From the human T2T-CHM13v2.0 reference genome, Homo sapiens, in the NCBI RefSeq assembly GCF_009914755.1, contig NC_060930.1: DNA of 64,000 bases; one strand, given 5' to 3'. Position 1 is the stretch's first letter. Each line of letters begins with the position of its first letter. Positions 13,638 to 27,149 of this stretch are shown one piece after another. The notes beneath the pieces were generated by a model. That model did not search any database and was not told where the DNA came from. It saw only the letters and a list, made by a program, of their open reading frames with translations. Made by a program: the position numbers and the translations under genes.

Positions 13638-14087
13638 CCTAGTGCCTAATATATGTATATATGGACAGCAAATCAGTTGTCTGGCTACATTCTGGACTGC
13701 AATTAATTGTTTATTTACTTTTCTTAAGGTAAGGGTTAACCGTGCTATATAGCTGTTGATTTTTTCCTTTCCTAATATTTTTCTCTCAACAAAAGATACT
13801 AAATGCTGTCATTCCCCCGTTCTCTATGGAACTTGTCATTGGAGAAAGGAGCAATCTTTATGAGAGTGCAAACATACTAAAAAGAAATTCATGCCTCGAA
13901 TATAAATTGACTCAAAGCAAAATCCCTGGGAAACATGTTTCAAATTCTGGAATTTTTACAATGATTGTCTTGAAGTACTATTTATAGTTACAAAAGTAAT
14001 AATTCCATCCAGCACAAAAATTTGCATTTGAGTTAGTAATCTGGTAAGCACTGTTAATACCAAATGTCAATATTCAGAATTTTTGGA

Positions 14088-14262
14088 ATTAATTCAACAA
14101 ACATTTATGCACTTACTGTGTGCCTGGTTGCTTGGTTAAGTAATTATTTCTTCCCACTAGTTTGAAAGCTCTATTGAGTTCAGTGGCCTCATCCAGCTTT
14201 CTTTCTGTCTCACTAGTATGGTGCCTGCACAATGGGCACACAGTAAATGTGTCGAATGAATA
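14088..14262. mobile_element. L2 3'-end fragments in both orientations
   Basis: attcaacaaacatttatgcacttactgtgtgcc (minus) and cccactag...gtgcctgcaca...agtaaatgtgtcgaatgaat (plus). Confidence 0.55.
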
Positions 14263-14689
14263 TGTCATTCAATTAATCACCTAAGTTTTAGAGCTCGGCG
14301 AATGGATTTTAGATATAAAGGATGAGAATGGAAACAGAAACTGGTTGGGAGGCTCTGATGAGGAATAGAAACAGCAATTGAATATCTACTTACAGAGGAA
14401 TGACCAAGTAGTGCTGAGGTGGCCTAAGTCCCCAGGTGCTCAGGGATCAAGTGATTTAACTATATAAGGTGAGCGTGGGAGACTGTAGGGGGAATGAAGG
14501 ACAAAGCAATGTGGAAGCTCAGGTTACTGACAAGAAATAGATTGAAGTGTTGTGTCATGAATTTAGAGCCTGGAGGGAAAAGGTGACCTGAATGGATAGT
14601 TTGAAGAACTAGAAGTTTCAATGAAGGTAAAACTGAAATGTTATGAGGTTAAACGGGTACACAGCTTTTTTTTTTTTTTTTTTTTTTTG

Positions 14690-15140
14690 GCCGTCACCCA
14701 TGTGCAAGGCATTTGAATAAAGTGTTACTGAAGGAAGGGATGCTATCCAGATGACCAAGACATGGTTTCTTTCTTCAAGGTGGAGTTGACTCACCATGAA
14801 AGTGGTAAAGAGATCTCTGGAAGCACATAGTTGAGTGGGTTCTTTCTGTTTGGGAGGATCCTGCATGGAAGAGGTGATCTTTGAATAGGGCTCTTTGGAA
14901 GGAATTTAATACATGGAGATGGTGGCGGAGGCATTCCAGGCAGAGAGAGTAGCATTAGCAAGATGTAGAGTCAGAAAAATGCAGGCTCTCTAAGGAACAA
15001 GACACTGCCTTTGGTGTTAGCTGGAAAAGTGGGACAAGCTTTAATGCAGTACTTGAAATTTGATTCCCTGAGCAGTAGGGAGTCCTAAATAGAAGAGTGC
15101 CATTAGTTGACCATGCATTATGAAGCTTACTCTGGCCTCA
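14690..15140 (-). mobile_element. L2 fragment
   Basis: catgtgcaaggca...gaagaggtgatctttgaatagggc...ggcattccaggcagag. Confidence 0.55.
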
Positions 15141-15155
15141 GTAAAGGGGGATTAA

Positions 15156-15332
15156 GCAAAGGTTCTAAACTGTGGCTTCACATTCTCATCACCTGGAGAA
15201 ATTTTTAAAACCCCAACTCCTGGGCTGCACCCTGTATCAATTAGAATATCCGGCACTGGAACCCACACCTCAGTATTATTTAAATCCCCAGGTGATTCCA
15301 ATTTGCAGCCAGGATTGCAAACCAACGGTTTA
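15156..15332. mobile_element. MER5A-type hAT-Charlie MITE
   Basis: ggttctaaactgtggc...atcacctggaga...ccccaggtgattccaatttgcagccaggattg; internally palindromic. Confidence 0.75.
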
Positions 15333-15335
15333 GAG

Positions 15336-15661
15336 CAAGGGTTAGTAAACTCTAAAAAGGGGCCACATAGTAAATATTTTCAGCTTTATAGGCCATACAT
15401 TTTCTATTGCAGCCATTCAACTTTGCCATCATAGCAGAAAAGCAACCGTGGACAATGTTAATAAAGGAATGAGCACGGCTGTGTTCCAATAAAACTTTAT
15501 ATATATAAATTTGAATTTTATATAATTTTTACATGCCACAAATATTCTTGTGCTTTTTATTTTTCTTTTTCCAGCCATTTTTAAATGTACAAACAAATCA
15601 CAGACTACACAAAAGGCAGCCAGCAGTATTTGGCCCACAGGTCATATTTTGCCAACCATTG
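15336..15661 (+). mobile_element. MER58B (hAT-Charlie)
   Basis: gggccacatagtaaatattttcagcttt...ggctgtgttccaataaaactttat...tttggcccacaggtcatattttgccaacc. Confidence 0.8.
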
Positions 15662-17334
15662 ATTTCGAGGGTGAAGATTGGACACAGGTAGTCCAGGAAA
15701 GAAAACAATAATAATCCAGATAAGAGGTAAAGTTAACTATTGTGGTCAGTTAGAAGGGCAGAGTGAAGGTTAGTGATATTGAGTTGATATTTATAGCAAC
15801 TCGTGTTCTTATGGGCTACTTTTGAGCACCCAGAAGTTGTCATACAAAGGACGTTTGAATGAACCATTGTGCGGTATGTGGTGTACTTAGTGCCCTTTGA
15901 CTTTGTCTTTTTATTTTGCAGGGATTTGACCTATGTCGTAAGACTGTTTCTGGCCTAACTGCTAGTAAAGGCTAATCATTTTGGCAACACTTATTACTGC
16001 AAATTAGTTAAGTCTCTTGCCTTCCTTATGTGCTAGCCTTGCCTTTGTTACCAAATAATGACCTTTCCTTGCAAAGAAATGTTCTCTTTAGAAAATAAAG
16101 TGAGCTTGATAGGAGAAGGTATGGCAACCTACATTTTATCACACATCACTGAATTAACACAGAATTTTCTATTTGCATTTTCTTCAGCATTTGTTGCCTA
16201 AAGACCTGCCAGGATAAATGGTGCCTGCTCCTCTACCACCCCCACTCCCTGTCCCCTGTGAAAATGAGAGGCTGATGGTTGCAACTTCCTTCCTCTAAGG
16301 TTATTTTAGAAACCGTAAGGCTGAAAAAAAAAAAGTATTTCCCACTGATATCTACTGTGATTTAAAATCAGCTGTACATTTCCACATTTGCTTGGTTATT
16401 TTATTTGAATATCATTACAGTTGGGTGAACAAATTCACTTACCTATTTTCTAACTTCCACTCTTAGAGAAGTCTGCTGTTTTGGTGTCCTCTAAGAAATG
16501 CTTACTCTTTGCCTCCAGCACTTGGGTATGTGAGAAACTGAAGACCCTGATAACTTTCCTTGAATCTGCTGTAAATGGATGGAGAGAAAGAAGTTCAAGA
16601 CAACAGTCAAAAGCATTTATGGTCATCTTAGTTATTTTGCAGACCTAACTAGAGAGTAGGGGGTGAAAAAATATATGGAATAGAGCCACAGCCTTCTTTT
16701 TCTTTGTTTTCCCTGCCACCCTCACAATAATTTCTCACAAAAGAATAAGGAAGTATTATATGTGCCTTATGAAGGAAAAGCATTTGAGATTTTGAAGAGT
16801 TTGCCTGTTTCCCTGTATATTTTGGGGTATTTTTTTTTATCACTAACTGTATTTCACATCATTGATGTTATAATTGATTTCTAAAACTTGAGGTTCATGG
16901 TTTAAATTCCAGGGACTTTTTTTCCCTTCTTCTCATTGATCTTAAATGAGTATTATCATCTTAGGGACACTATCAAAATATGTATAATATAAAGTGAGAT
17001 TGTGATTGAGCGCTGATATTGTCAAGTGCTTTTAATTAAGCTTCTGATGCTTTACACATTGATAACACAGTAAAGAGTCCAGTGTATTAAGTTAGCTTTC
17101 CATTTATTTTTCAGAAGCACTTACCAGGTAGGGGACTAAATATACAGCAGCAGGTTGTACTGCAGCCACAGCCTTACTGTGCCCCAGAGGAATTCTTGCA
17201 TAGAGAGTCCATTCTTTTATGGAAAGGAAGAGGTCAAGAAATAAGGCAAAGCTGCAGGCATAATACAGAGATTAAAATGACTGATAGAATTGAGAACACA
17301 GAATGGCAGTAGCTGAAAGACAGTAGGGAACCGA

Positions 17335-17640
17335 TCCAGAATCATAGAGGCTAACAGTTGGAAGAGACCTTTGGGATCGTCTTGACTAGTGTTTCTCATC
17401 TTTGGCCACACGTTGGAAATACCCGAGAGCTTTTAAATAATACACTTTTGTCCAGGCCCCAGAAGACCAATTAAGTCAGAGTCACTGGGGATTAGGATTG
17501 AAGCTTTGGTATATTTTAAAGATTCGCTAATAGTTCTAACCTGCAACAAGGATTGAGAAGCAGTGGCCAAATCTAGCGTCTTCATTTTATATAGGAGGTA
17601 CAAAGCAGATACATGGCCCAAGACCAAACAGCTATTGTTT
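17335..17640. mobile_element. MIR-like remnant interrupted by a MER5-type element (~17388-17565)
   Basis: ttggaagagacctttgggatc flank; gtgtttctca...gattgagaagcagtg MER5 ends; ttcattttata...ggcccaagaccaaacagct. Confidence 0.5.
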
Positions 17641-17679
17641 GCTAGGATTTTAACCTCAATCTTCTTATCTTCTTGCCTC

Positions 17680-18400
17680 CCTCACTCTACATTCTCCCTG
17701 TGTGATCCCATCCCTGTCCTGCTTTAAATTACACCAATATGCTCATGAGTCCCAAGTCCTTTACATGTAACTTCCTTCTTAATTTCTCTCCAAATGTCTC
17801 ACATCTTCCTCAAATTCCCTATATTCAGAACTGAATTATCCTTTTTTCCCCCAGTCTCCAAAACCAGTCTCAGTCTCTAGACTGAGTGAAGGGTACTTCT
17901 GTCAGTGAAGGGTACTTCTCCTGTTTGGTTATCTGTGCCAGCAGCCTGGGAGTCCTCTTCAGCTCTTCCCTCTCTGTACTCCTATCTAATCAGTTACCAA
18001 GAGCTGTCTATCCTACCTCCCAGCTGTTAATCAGATCTGTCCCACCTTCTCCCCTTGCCCCTAGCTTAATTTAAGGTGTTATTTTTTTTCTGAGTGATTT
18101 TGCAACAGCTTCTCATACTGTCTTCAGCTTCTTGCCTTTGTCCCACTTGAGCTTTATCTTTAACACCATTAGGAAGCTCTTTCTGAAGCACAAATTTGAT
18201 CATTCGTCACTGTATTTTTTCCATTATGTGTTCTAATCATTTAGCCTTTCTTCAGCCCAACTAGGACTCCCTTTTCTCTCTGTCTCCATGTACCTATATT
18301 CAGTCTACTTCCTTATAGTCTATAAAAGCATAATCTATCTGTGGAGTCAGTTCTTTTACCGTGCTTTTATCAAACACTGAACTCTCCCATCAGAAATAAC
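17680..18400 (+). mobile_element. L2 fragment
   Basis: Pyrimidine-rich; gatcccatcc...ttacaccaatatgctcatgagtcccaa...agaactgaattatcc...cctgggagtcctcttc. Confidence 0.55.
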
Positions 18401-20566
18401 ATTTTCCTTCTTCAACCAAATGCTGTCACATTGCTGACTGAATTTAATGGGCCTAGCGTTGCCTACACCCTCATTTTGGAACCCACCCCCGCAGGAAGTT
18501 CCCAAGGTAAACATCAGACCTGCCTTAGCGTCGTCCACATCCTTGGTAGTTAACACCTTCACTTACTCAGTGTTTACTGGCTTCTTCATTTCCTATCCCT
18601 GACTTCAGTGTCCCTTATTGCATCTTAGTAAGCCCTTGTTCTCTGCGTGACTCTCCCAGTTCCTAACTAGTTCTTCACCAACGACCCCTTGACTCTCAGT
18701 CATTTGTTGTTTTCATCTTGCACCTCTTGGCTCTTTCGGCCCTTTTGCCTTAGGATGTAGTTTTCTAACTTCTACTGAGTGTCTGTTTCTGTCGTGTAAA
18801 CCAGTCCTGGAGCCCTAGCGTGTATTACCTGGAATTGCACTCCAGTCTCTTTTGGAATTTTTTTTGGGCATAACTCTTGGTCGCCATTAGACCACCATTG
18901 CATTTTTGCCTCAGGCACTCCTGCGTGACTCTATTCTGAACCTGATTGTCCAGTTCGTGAGTTGCCTTGGCTCCTTATCTTTTCCTCCTACCTTTCTGCT
19001 TCCTGCCAGTTGACAGGCTAACTACTTAGGCTCTCTACCAGAAAGGGAGCAGGAAAAATGCAGCATGCTGAAATGCAAACCCGCTCTTTTGGCTTCTTAC
19101 CACGAAGTATGATGAAGGCTTGCAGAACATTTAAATTGTATTGTAGTATACCTTAAACATATCAAACCCTTTGAAAACTTGTAGGCTTTATCATTTTTAA
19201 GAATCCGTATGTAGAAATGAAGTCCATAGTCTTATTATAGCTTTTCCTTATAATAACACCATTTTATTTGGGAAAACTTTAATCAACAACTTAGAGAATG
19301 GGTACAGAAAGGATTGAATTGGCTTGGGGAACCAAAAGAAATTAAGTTCGTGGATGCTGCTAAAATTTGATTGGTTGTATAACCTCACATTCAGAATACA
19401 AGCTGTTATTACATGCGGGGCCTCTTTCAGAACTGAGCTCTGTTGCATATCTTTGACAAAAATTGGAATGATTACATTGTCTGGAAACCTGAACTGTTAA
19501 AAATACTCTCTTGGGGTCTTTAGTTTTGTTTGGTTTTGTCTGAAAAGGAGTTTAAACTTGAGTATAAGAAAAAAAAAAGGTCATCAGTGTTTTCTGTCCT
19601 TGGAGAGTGGAATATAAAAGCAATTTATGAAGTGCCTGTAAGATGAAGATTACAGAGGTTCAGATTCTCGGGAATCTAGAAGTTTTACCAAACATGCATA
19701 CTGCCTCATTTTTTAAACCCACGGCAGCCCGCAAAAAATGCAGGACGCAGCATGTAATTACTTTTAAATATCCTCTCATCTCTGTGGCCTGTACTTTGGG
19801 ATTAATGATGAAGGTAACTTGAAGGTACCTTGTACAATTTGGGGAAAAATATTTGCCATACTCACTGTACTCTGGCCACCCTTGTTACAAGTCCATCACA
19901 CAACTTGTTTAACATGTTTACTTTTTAAATGCTTGGAGAGCTAACAGGTGGTTGCATGACTGAGATGTTTGTTTTAACAGGCTAAAAACTGGGAGGTAAT
20001 TTAGACATACACTATGATGCAATAGGAAAATACCTAATTATTCCATTTTTGGCTCAGCTTTTCGTTTCAGTTAAAACTGTTGATAGCAAGGCTCGACAGG
20101 TTTTGTAGAGTAGTTCTCTTAACATTGCCTACATAGGAGAAACTGGCTCACTAGTAATAATGGCCGTGTTTTAGTTACTTGTATAAGAAACTTACTTGGC
20201 TTTAGTGCTAGAACTTAGTAAAGGATTTCTTCTCAGAGCTTCTGTCATCAGCAGTTACAGTGTGAATACAGACGGCTCTGAAAGCCCCATATCTATTTCA
20301 GCATGCTCTAGAAAGCCACTTGGAATATTTTTTGCCTGTACATAGAAGCACTGAGGAAATATCCTGAAAACAAGACAGCTAATTGTTATTATGCTTGGTA
20401 CGTTCATCCCAATGTTTCAGTATATAGGTTATGATTGGCTCTTGGAACTGTCCATTGAGCAAATAGAAGGAGCCAGGAATTTTGCAGGATAGTTAGTTGT
20501 TCATGTGGTTTGGAGTTAAGGGACTACTGCCGGAAGTAGACATAGTCAGGGATAGAGTTTCTAGAT

Positions 20567-20711
20567 CGGGGTGGTTACCTTTCTCTATAAAGGGCCAGAT
20601 AGTAAATACTTTAGGATTTGTGGCTGTATTTCAATAAAACTTTATTTAAAAAAAAAAAACAACAGGCAGTGGGTCAGATTGGCTATGGGGCCATAGTTTG
20701 CCAACCCCTGT
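20567..20711 (+). mobile_element. MER58A (internally deleted)
   Basis: aagggccagatagtaaatactttagg...caataaaactttattt...gggccatagtttgccaacccctg. Confidence 0.8.
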
Positions 20712-22476
20712 TCTGGATTCCAGAAGATACTCCACTGGATTGTGTGACTGATCTCAGAGGGAAGAATAGCAGTGGTTTTCAGTTAACTGGGCAGATACCT
20801 ATAACCTTCAATATGCCAAGACTTCACAGTATTTGTATATAATAAATTTGTTGTCAGAAAAGGCATTGTTTCTTTACTGGTTCTTTGGGGCTAATATGAA
20901 TAGTGTTACTTAGTTATACTCCATTTCTTTCCCAAAATCGAGATAATTAGGATAAAAAGCACATATAAGTGTTAGCTATCAAAGTAAAATCAAAACCTAC
21001 ATTAAGTCACACAAAACAACTTCTGAATATTCCTTTTCCACCTGCCAATGCAAGCTGGTCGCTCAGCCATTTCTGATAAGCCTCAGTTCTTGGGGCATCT
21101 CCTAAGTTTAATACTGATATGCTACCTATTTTATTTTATCTAGCATAATTTCCTTTCTAAAAATATTTTCCCCAGTGTTTTATATCAAGACTCCTAACAA
21201 AGGAAGTGTTAGCATCCGTCATTTTTCTTCTGATTGAAGTATAAGCCAAGAACTGTTTCACCGAATAAGTGGGTATATGGGAAGAAAAGAAAAAATTATA
21301 AGCTAATGAAATTTTGATGGGCAAATGACCTGTTCAAAGCAGATTCCAAGGCTCACAGAGCTAACATTTCATTAGCCACAGGAACTGTTTCCAATCATCT
21401 TACTGATACATCTTTGCTCTCCAGGGGAAGGGAGTGTTAAATTACTTTAGAATTTGATGGTCAGAAGCACTGCTCAGAGGCGGAGAGAGGAGGCAGGAAT
21501 TTTGGCTGATCTGTAGGAGAGGACTTTTCAGTGGGTGTCAGAAGGTAGCAACAAGGCCAAGTGATTTGAACCACTGCCACTGGAATTGTGACTTCAAAGA
21601 CAGCTCTGAAATAGGGAAACTGATCTACAAGGAAACGATGAGTGTGTACAAATGATTTTATTTACAAGGTCCTTATTAATATCAGGTCCAACTGCTTAAC
21701 TAAGGAGATGCAGAAGATTATGTAGAGCTAGGCGGGGGTATGCGGCATTGGGGAGGTATGATAGCTGTGTCCTTGAGGACACTGGAGGAGGTAGAAGATA
21801 CTTCCCTAGAACACGGGATACCAGTCAAGGATTCATCACAAGTGAAGACAGAAGCAGTCTCCTGGCAGTTGGAATAACATCAGAATAGAAACAGAAGCAA
21901 GACAGGGGCAGTGTTAGGGACAAACAGACCACCTGTGTCACAGAATTTTAAGATGTGGTCGTGGGCTAACCTATGATGGACAAGAAATAAATTATATTAT
22001 TGCCAACTGGGAAAATGTTCAATATCTGTTCTAAAAACATTGATTACCTCTGTAAATTTAGAAACATTCTAACCTTTAAATAGAAGAGAGAAATTCTTAA
22101 GAATTACCAACTTAAGCTGAGATCCCTTCTCTCATTCACTCTTGCTGAGGGGACAAATTGATGCAATATTTGTGAGGAGGAGGCAGTTTGACTTTACCTG
22201 TTAAGGTAATAAATGTGTGTACTGTCTGATCCTGAAACTGGACTTCCATAATTTATTATTTTTAAATACAGTCAGGCTGGCAAAGATGTTTGTGCAAAGA
22301 ATATGATTATATTAAAAAATTGAAATGAATTACAGAAAAGTTTGCATTTGTAAAGTTTTCAGATGTCAAAAACTTTGAAAAACTCCCTTTAGGGAATTGC
22401 TGATCTGTATGTACAACCAAGGAAGTTTTGCGAGGACAAACTGTGTAGTGGAAAAAGTAAATTTCCGAACAATATA

Positions 22477-22931
22477 TAGTCTTCCTTCCATAACTGCAAG
22501 TTCTACATCTGCAGATTCAACAAACAGGGCATCAAAAATATTTAGAAAAATAAAAAATAACAGCCAGGCTTGGTGTCTCACGCCTGTAATCCCAGCTAGG
22601 AGGCTGAGGCAAAAGGATCACTTGGGCCCAGGAGCCCAAGGCTGCAGTGAGCGATGATTGTGCCACTGTACTGCAGCCTGGGCCACAGGGTGAGATCCTG
22701 TCCCTAAGTAATAATAACAAGAGTACAATTTAAAATAATACACATAAAAATACAGTGTAACAACTATTTACATAGTATTTATATTGTATTAGATATTCTA
22801 AGCAATCTGGAGATGACTTAAAGCATACGGGAGGATGTGTATAGGTTATATGCGAATTCTGCACTATTTGACATAAGGAACTTGAGCATCAGCGGATTTT
22901 GGTATCTACGGGGAGTACTAAGGGACAGCTG
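22477..22931. mobile_element. Tigger3-family TcMar DNA transposon, split by an Alu monomer
   Basis: gttctacatctgcagattcaac...acaactatttacatag...gggaggatgtgtataggttatatgc...ggattttggtatc...agggacagctg; TA flank. Confidence 0.8.
22562..22720 (+). mobile_element. Monomeric Alu (FRAM/AluJ-like)
   Basis: ~150-bp single arm with (TAA)n tail. Confidence 0.85.
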
Positions 22932-22966
22932 TACATAGAATGACCTCTTTTCTTTGAAAGTAGTAA

Positions 22967-23376
<410 letters not shown>

Positions 23377-23522
23377 AAAAAAGCCACTTTTATATTAACT
23401 AGTTGGCTGTAATAAGAGAACCTCATACTTCTTGGTTGTCACAGATACACTAAGGAGCAGGGGATGGAGAGGGGACTCATGTAATGCCTGGGTTCAGCTC
23501 AAGAACACGTCATTAGAAATGA

Positions 23523-23883
<361 letters not shown>

Positions 23884-23944
23884 TAATCTATGAGGCTTAT
23901 GTGTCATCATTACAGATATTAAGAGTTATATGCCTGTATAACTC

Positions 23945-24060
23945 ATACATTCATTTATTCATTAACTTAGCCAGTATTTATTGAGTGCCTGCTGTGTGTA
24001 AAACACCATGCAAGGTACCTAGGCTATATAGCAGTGACACAGTAAAGGTATCCTCATAGC
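23945..24060 (-). mobile_element. L2 3' end
   Basis: cattcatttattcatt...tatttattgagtgcctgctgtgtg...caccatgcaagg. Confidence 0.7.
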
Positions 24061-24528
24061 TGCAAGCTCCAGCAGACAGACCCAAGCTGTAACCAGGAAG
24101 CCTGAAGGAGGTGTATCGTTTAAATGAATGCATGTCTGTGCCCAATTCTGAGTAACAGCAGTTGGTATTACAATGAAATCGGAAGTGCCCTGTGTATTAA
24201 ATTTTCTTTCGTTTTCAGTGTTTTCTTCATTTTAGTCTGTTATGTATTTTCAAATACAGTTTTTGATGATGATTAGTGTTTTAGTTATGAAATCTTCTAG
24301 GAAGAGGTCACCTGGTTGCTCTGTGATAATGACCCACATAACCATAAAGTGACTTTGGTTTTTAGTTGCACCCCTGTGTCTTCTCAGCCTCCACAAAGGA
24401 AGAATCTCTTAAAAAAAAAAAAAAAACTTTATGTATGTAGAGATATATACACACATGTATATTTTTTATCTGCTGTCAACTCAATTGTTTGTATGTTGGT
24501 TTTTTGTTTTTTTTGTTTTTTTTCACAG

Positions 24529-24591
24529 AAAAAGCAAAGGACAAAAGATCTTTCTCGGGTGTTTCATTCTTACAGTCCATATGATCACAAG
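24529..24591 (+). other. Isolated 63-nt internal exon (5'UTR or coding; host unknown)
   Basis: Preceded by an ~85-nt AG-free U/GU-rich tract ending TTTTTTTTCACAG and followed by AAG|GTAAGA. Unique sequence. Length divisible by 3; two of three frames are open. Confidence 0.75.
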
Positions 24592-26805
24592 GTAAGAGAA
24601 GCATGTTAATAGCATATTAAGTATTAAAGTCTTTCCGAATGTATAGTACAATTTTCACCAACATATGGTGATTCTGAAATACACTTACCAATTACATTTA
24701 TATTTCAATTTAAATTTTTTAGCTCTTTATCCCTTTTAAAGAAAACAGAAATGTTATATTTCTGAACTATAATAATTATATTTTATTCCCATTGAAATCT
24801 AGTTACATATTGGCACTGAAATCTCAAAGACAGTGAAAAGACACATTTTGGGGTGTATTTTGGTTGGTTGGTTTTTGTTTTTTCTTTCCAAACACTGTAC
24901 TGGAGGAACTTGGGTTTTGGATTGGTAAAGATAATTGAAATGCTGACTGCAAAACTTGATTCTTCATTCCTCCTGATAGAAAGTTATTTTTCTAAATGAA
25001 AATCCTAATAAAAATTAGTACATAGCATCATGTCTGAAATATCTACTGCCTGGAGCTTTGCTACACAGAAAATGACCAAATAACGTGACGACCCACATGT
25101 ACCCATCCCACAGCTTCATAGATTCATAGTCCGTCTGTGTCATTTATACCCTACCTTCTCCATCCCTCATGTTTGAAAAATTCCTAGACATCTTTTCACT
25201 TGTAAGTATTTTACAATATATTTGTAAAAGATAAGCACTCTTTTAAAAAGAAAAAATATGTAGCCATTTTTAAGAAAATGCTTAACTCCACATCTTCATG
25301 GGGAAATAGATTACAAGGTTTCAGAGACTTGTGCAAAACTTCTAAACCATGTAGGATTCCAGTAAATCTGTTAATTCGAGGTGATTTCAGAAGCAAACAA
25401 AAAATTTGCACAGTTGAAATGCTAATATAAACTTAAATCTTTATCTATGAATTTATAGGGAGACATGTGGTAGGGATTTTTTAACTAGCCAAAGTAAGTA
25501 GTGTGAAAACTACTTTCCTCAGTTGAAAATACAGAGATGTCTGGATTCAGGAGGGAAAAATTGTGCCAGTTCATAGAAGTTGAAAGAATTTGAAACACTA
25601 GCTTCTAGTGTTTCTATAGTGACCAATTGACTTAAGCACCAAAAACTCGTAAAAGAGATGTTTATGCTTCATGTGACCATGGTGATATGTAATACTAAAA
25701 CTTATATCATTCCAAGTTACATTTTTCAAGCTAAATCAGTCACATTGCAGAATGCAGCAATTTGTTTGAAAGAGATTGAGAGAGCCAATAGGGTCTGACA
25801 ATGCAGACAGAAGGAGCAGGCTGATAAGTAATACAACAGCAAAAGGAATGAGATTGGCCAGATTTCTGAAGGTAGTGTTGCATTTTTTTTTAGATGAAGC
25901 CACTTAATGAACATAAGTGCAGCAGTGGCTAAAGTTAACATTTAACAACAACAACAAAAAAGGCGATGGCAAATCAGAGGTTTTGCCTGGCTTGTCTAAA
26001 TTTCGCCCACTTGTAACATTTTTAAATTCGCAGTTAAGGGAAATTCCATTCTTCTTTTATTAGAACTCTTAATGGAACCTAGCCATTTGCAGCTTCTACC
26101 GGCTTCCTCCTCATATCCTTTGTGGCATTGTATCAAAGTCACCTCAGATTATTTTGGCTTCCCTTCATTCCTCTACAACTTAGTCATCAGGCAGTGAGGA
26201 ATTGAATCTAAATGCTTGATGGAGTTCCTTTTGATCTTTAAGATTGGTAATAAATTATTGTAAATAGCTAGACTGCTTGATGAGTGCCTTTTGAAGCTCC
26301 TAAGTTTTGGTCTGTTGCCATTCTGTTTTATTCTGGATGTACAGTAGTGAAGGAAAATGGAAAAGTTTTATTCCAGGCAGCTCCCGGCCTCCTTAGTAGC
26401 CTTTACCTACTTTTCTAAGTTCCATCCAGGCAAATCTATCCATGTTACTTTTAATATTGTCTCTCACTGATTGGAATGTCCACAAAGACTAGAACCATAG
26501 GGATAAAGTAACATGCACTATTTTCCCAATCTGAGAATGTTGCTATTTTTCCCCGCATGAATTAATAGAGGGTTGTGTTTAAAGTTATTTTGTCATTTGA
26601 ATTACCCACTTATATTCAAGCAAATTGGTTTTCTAGGCAGATAGGTTTTAGTGTAAAGTGTTTTACAAGGTGTGGTTAAAGTTGGTTTAGACATCTCATG
26701 CTCAGTGAGATTTCTGGCGTGATCCTTATGAAAATATATACATATATTGTCAGTGAAAGCTTTTATGAAATACAACATCAGTTGTTTGGGGTTTGCTTTA
26801 ATGCA

Positions 26806-27105
26806 GGCTGGTGTATTGGCTTATACCGGTAATCCCAGCACTCTGGGAGTCTGAAGCTGGAGGATCACTTGAGCGCAGGAGTTTGAGACCAGCCTGAGCA
26901 ACATTGTGAAACTCTGTCTCTATTTAAAAAAAATAAAAATTAAAAATTAGCCAGGCATGGTATTGCACACCTGTAGTCCTAGCTACCGGGGACAGGTTTA
27001 GGCAGGAGGATCACTTGAGCCCCGGATTTCAAGTTACTGTGAGCTATGACTGCACCATTTTACTTCAGCCTGGGCAACAGAGCAAGACCCCGTCTCTAAA
27101 AGAAC
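26806..27105 (+). mobile_element. AluJ
   Basis: Diverged dimer with J-type motifs. Confidence 0.95.
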
Positions 27106-27149
27106 ATTTTTTTTTAAAATAATTTCAAAGAGCAGAGTGGATAGGGTAC

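Noticed and set aside
24529-24591. Assigning a gene symbol to the exon
   Set aside because: I could not match the sequence or its translations to a gene with confidence; a BLAT search is needed.
24316-24609. 97-aa ORF spanning the exon
   Set aside because: Runs through a poly(A) tract and the polypyrimidine tract; only 24529-24591 is splice-bounded.
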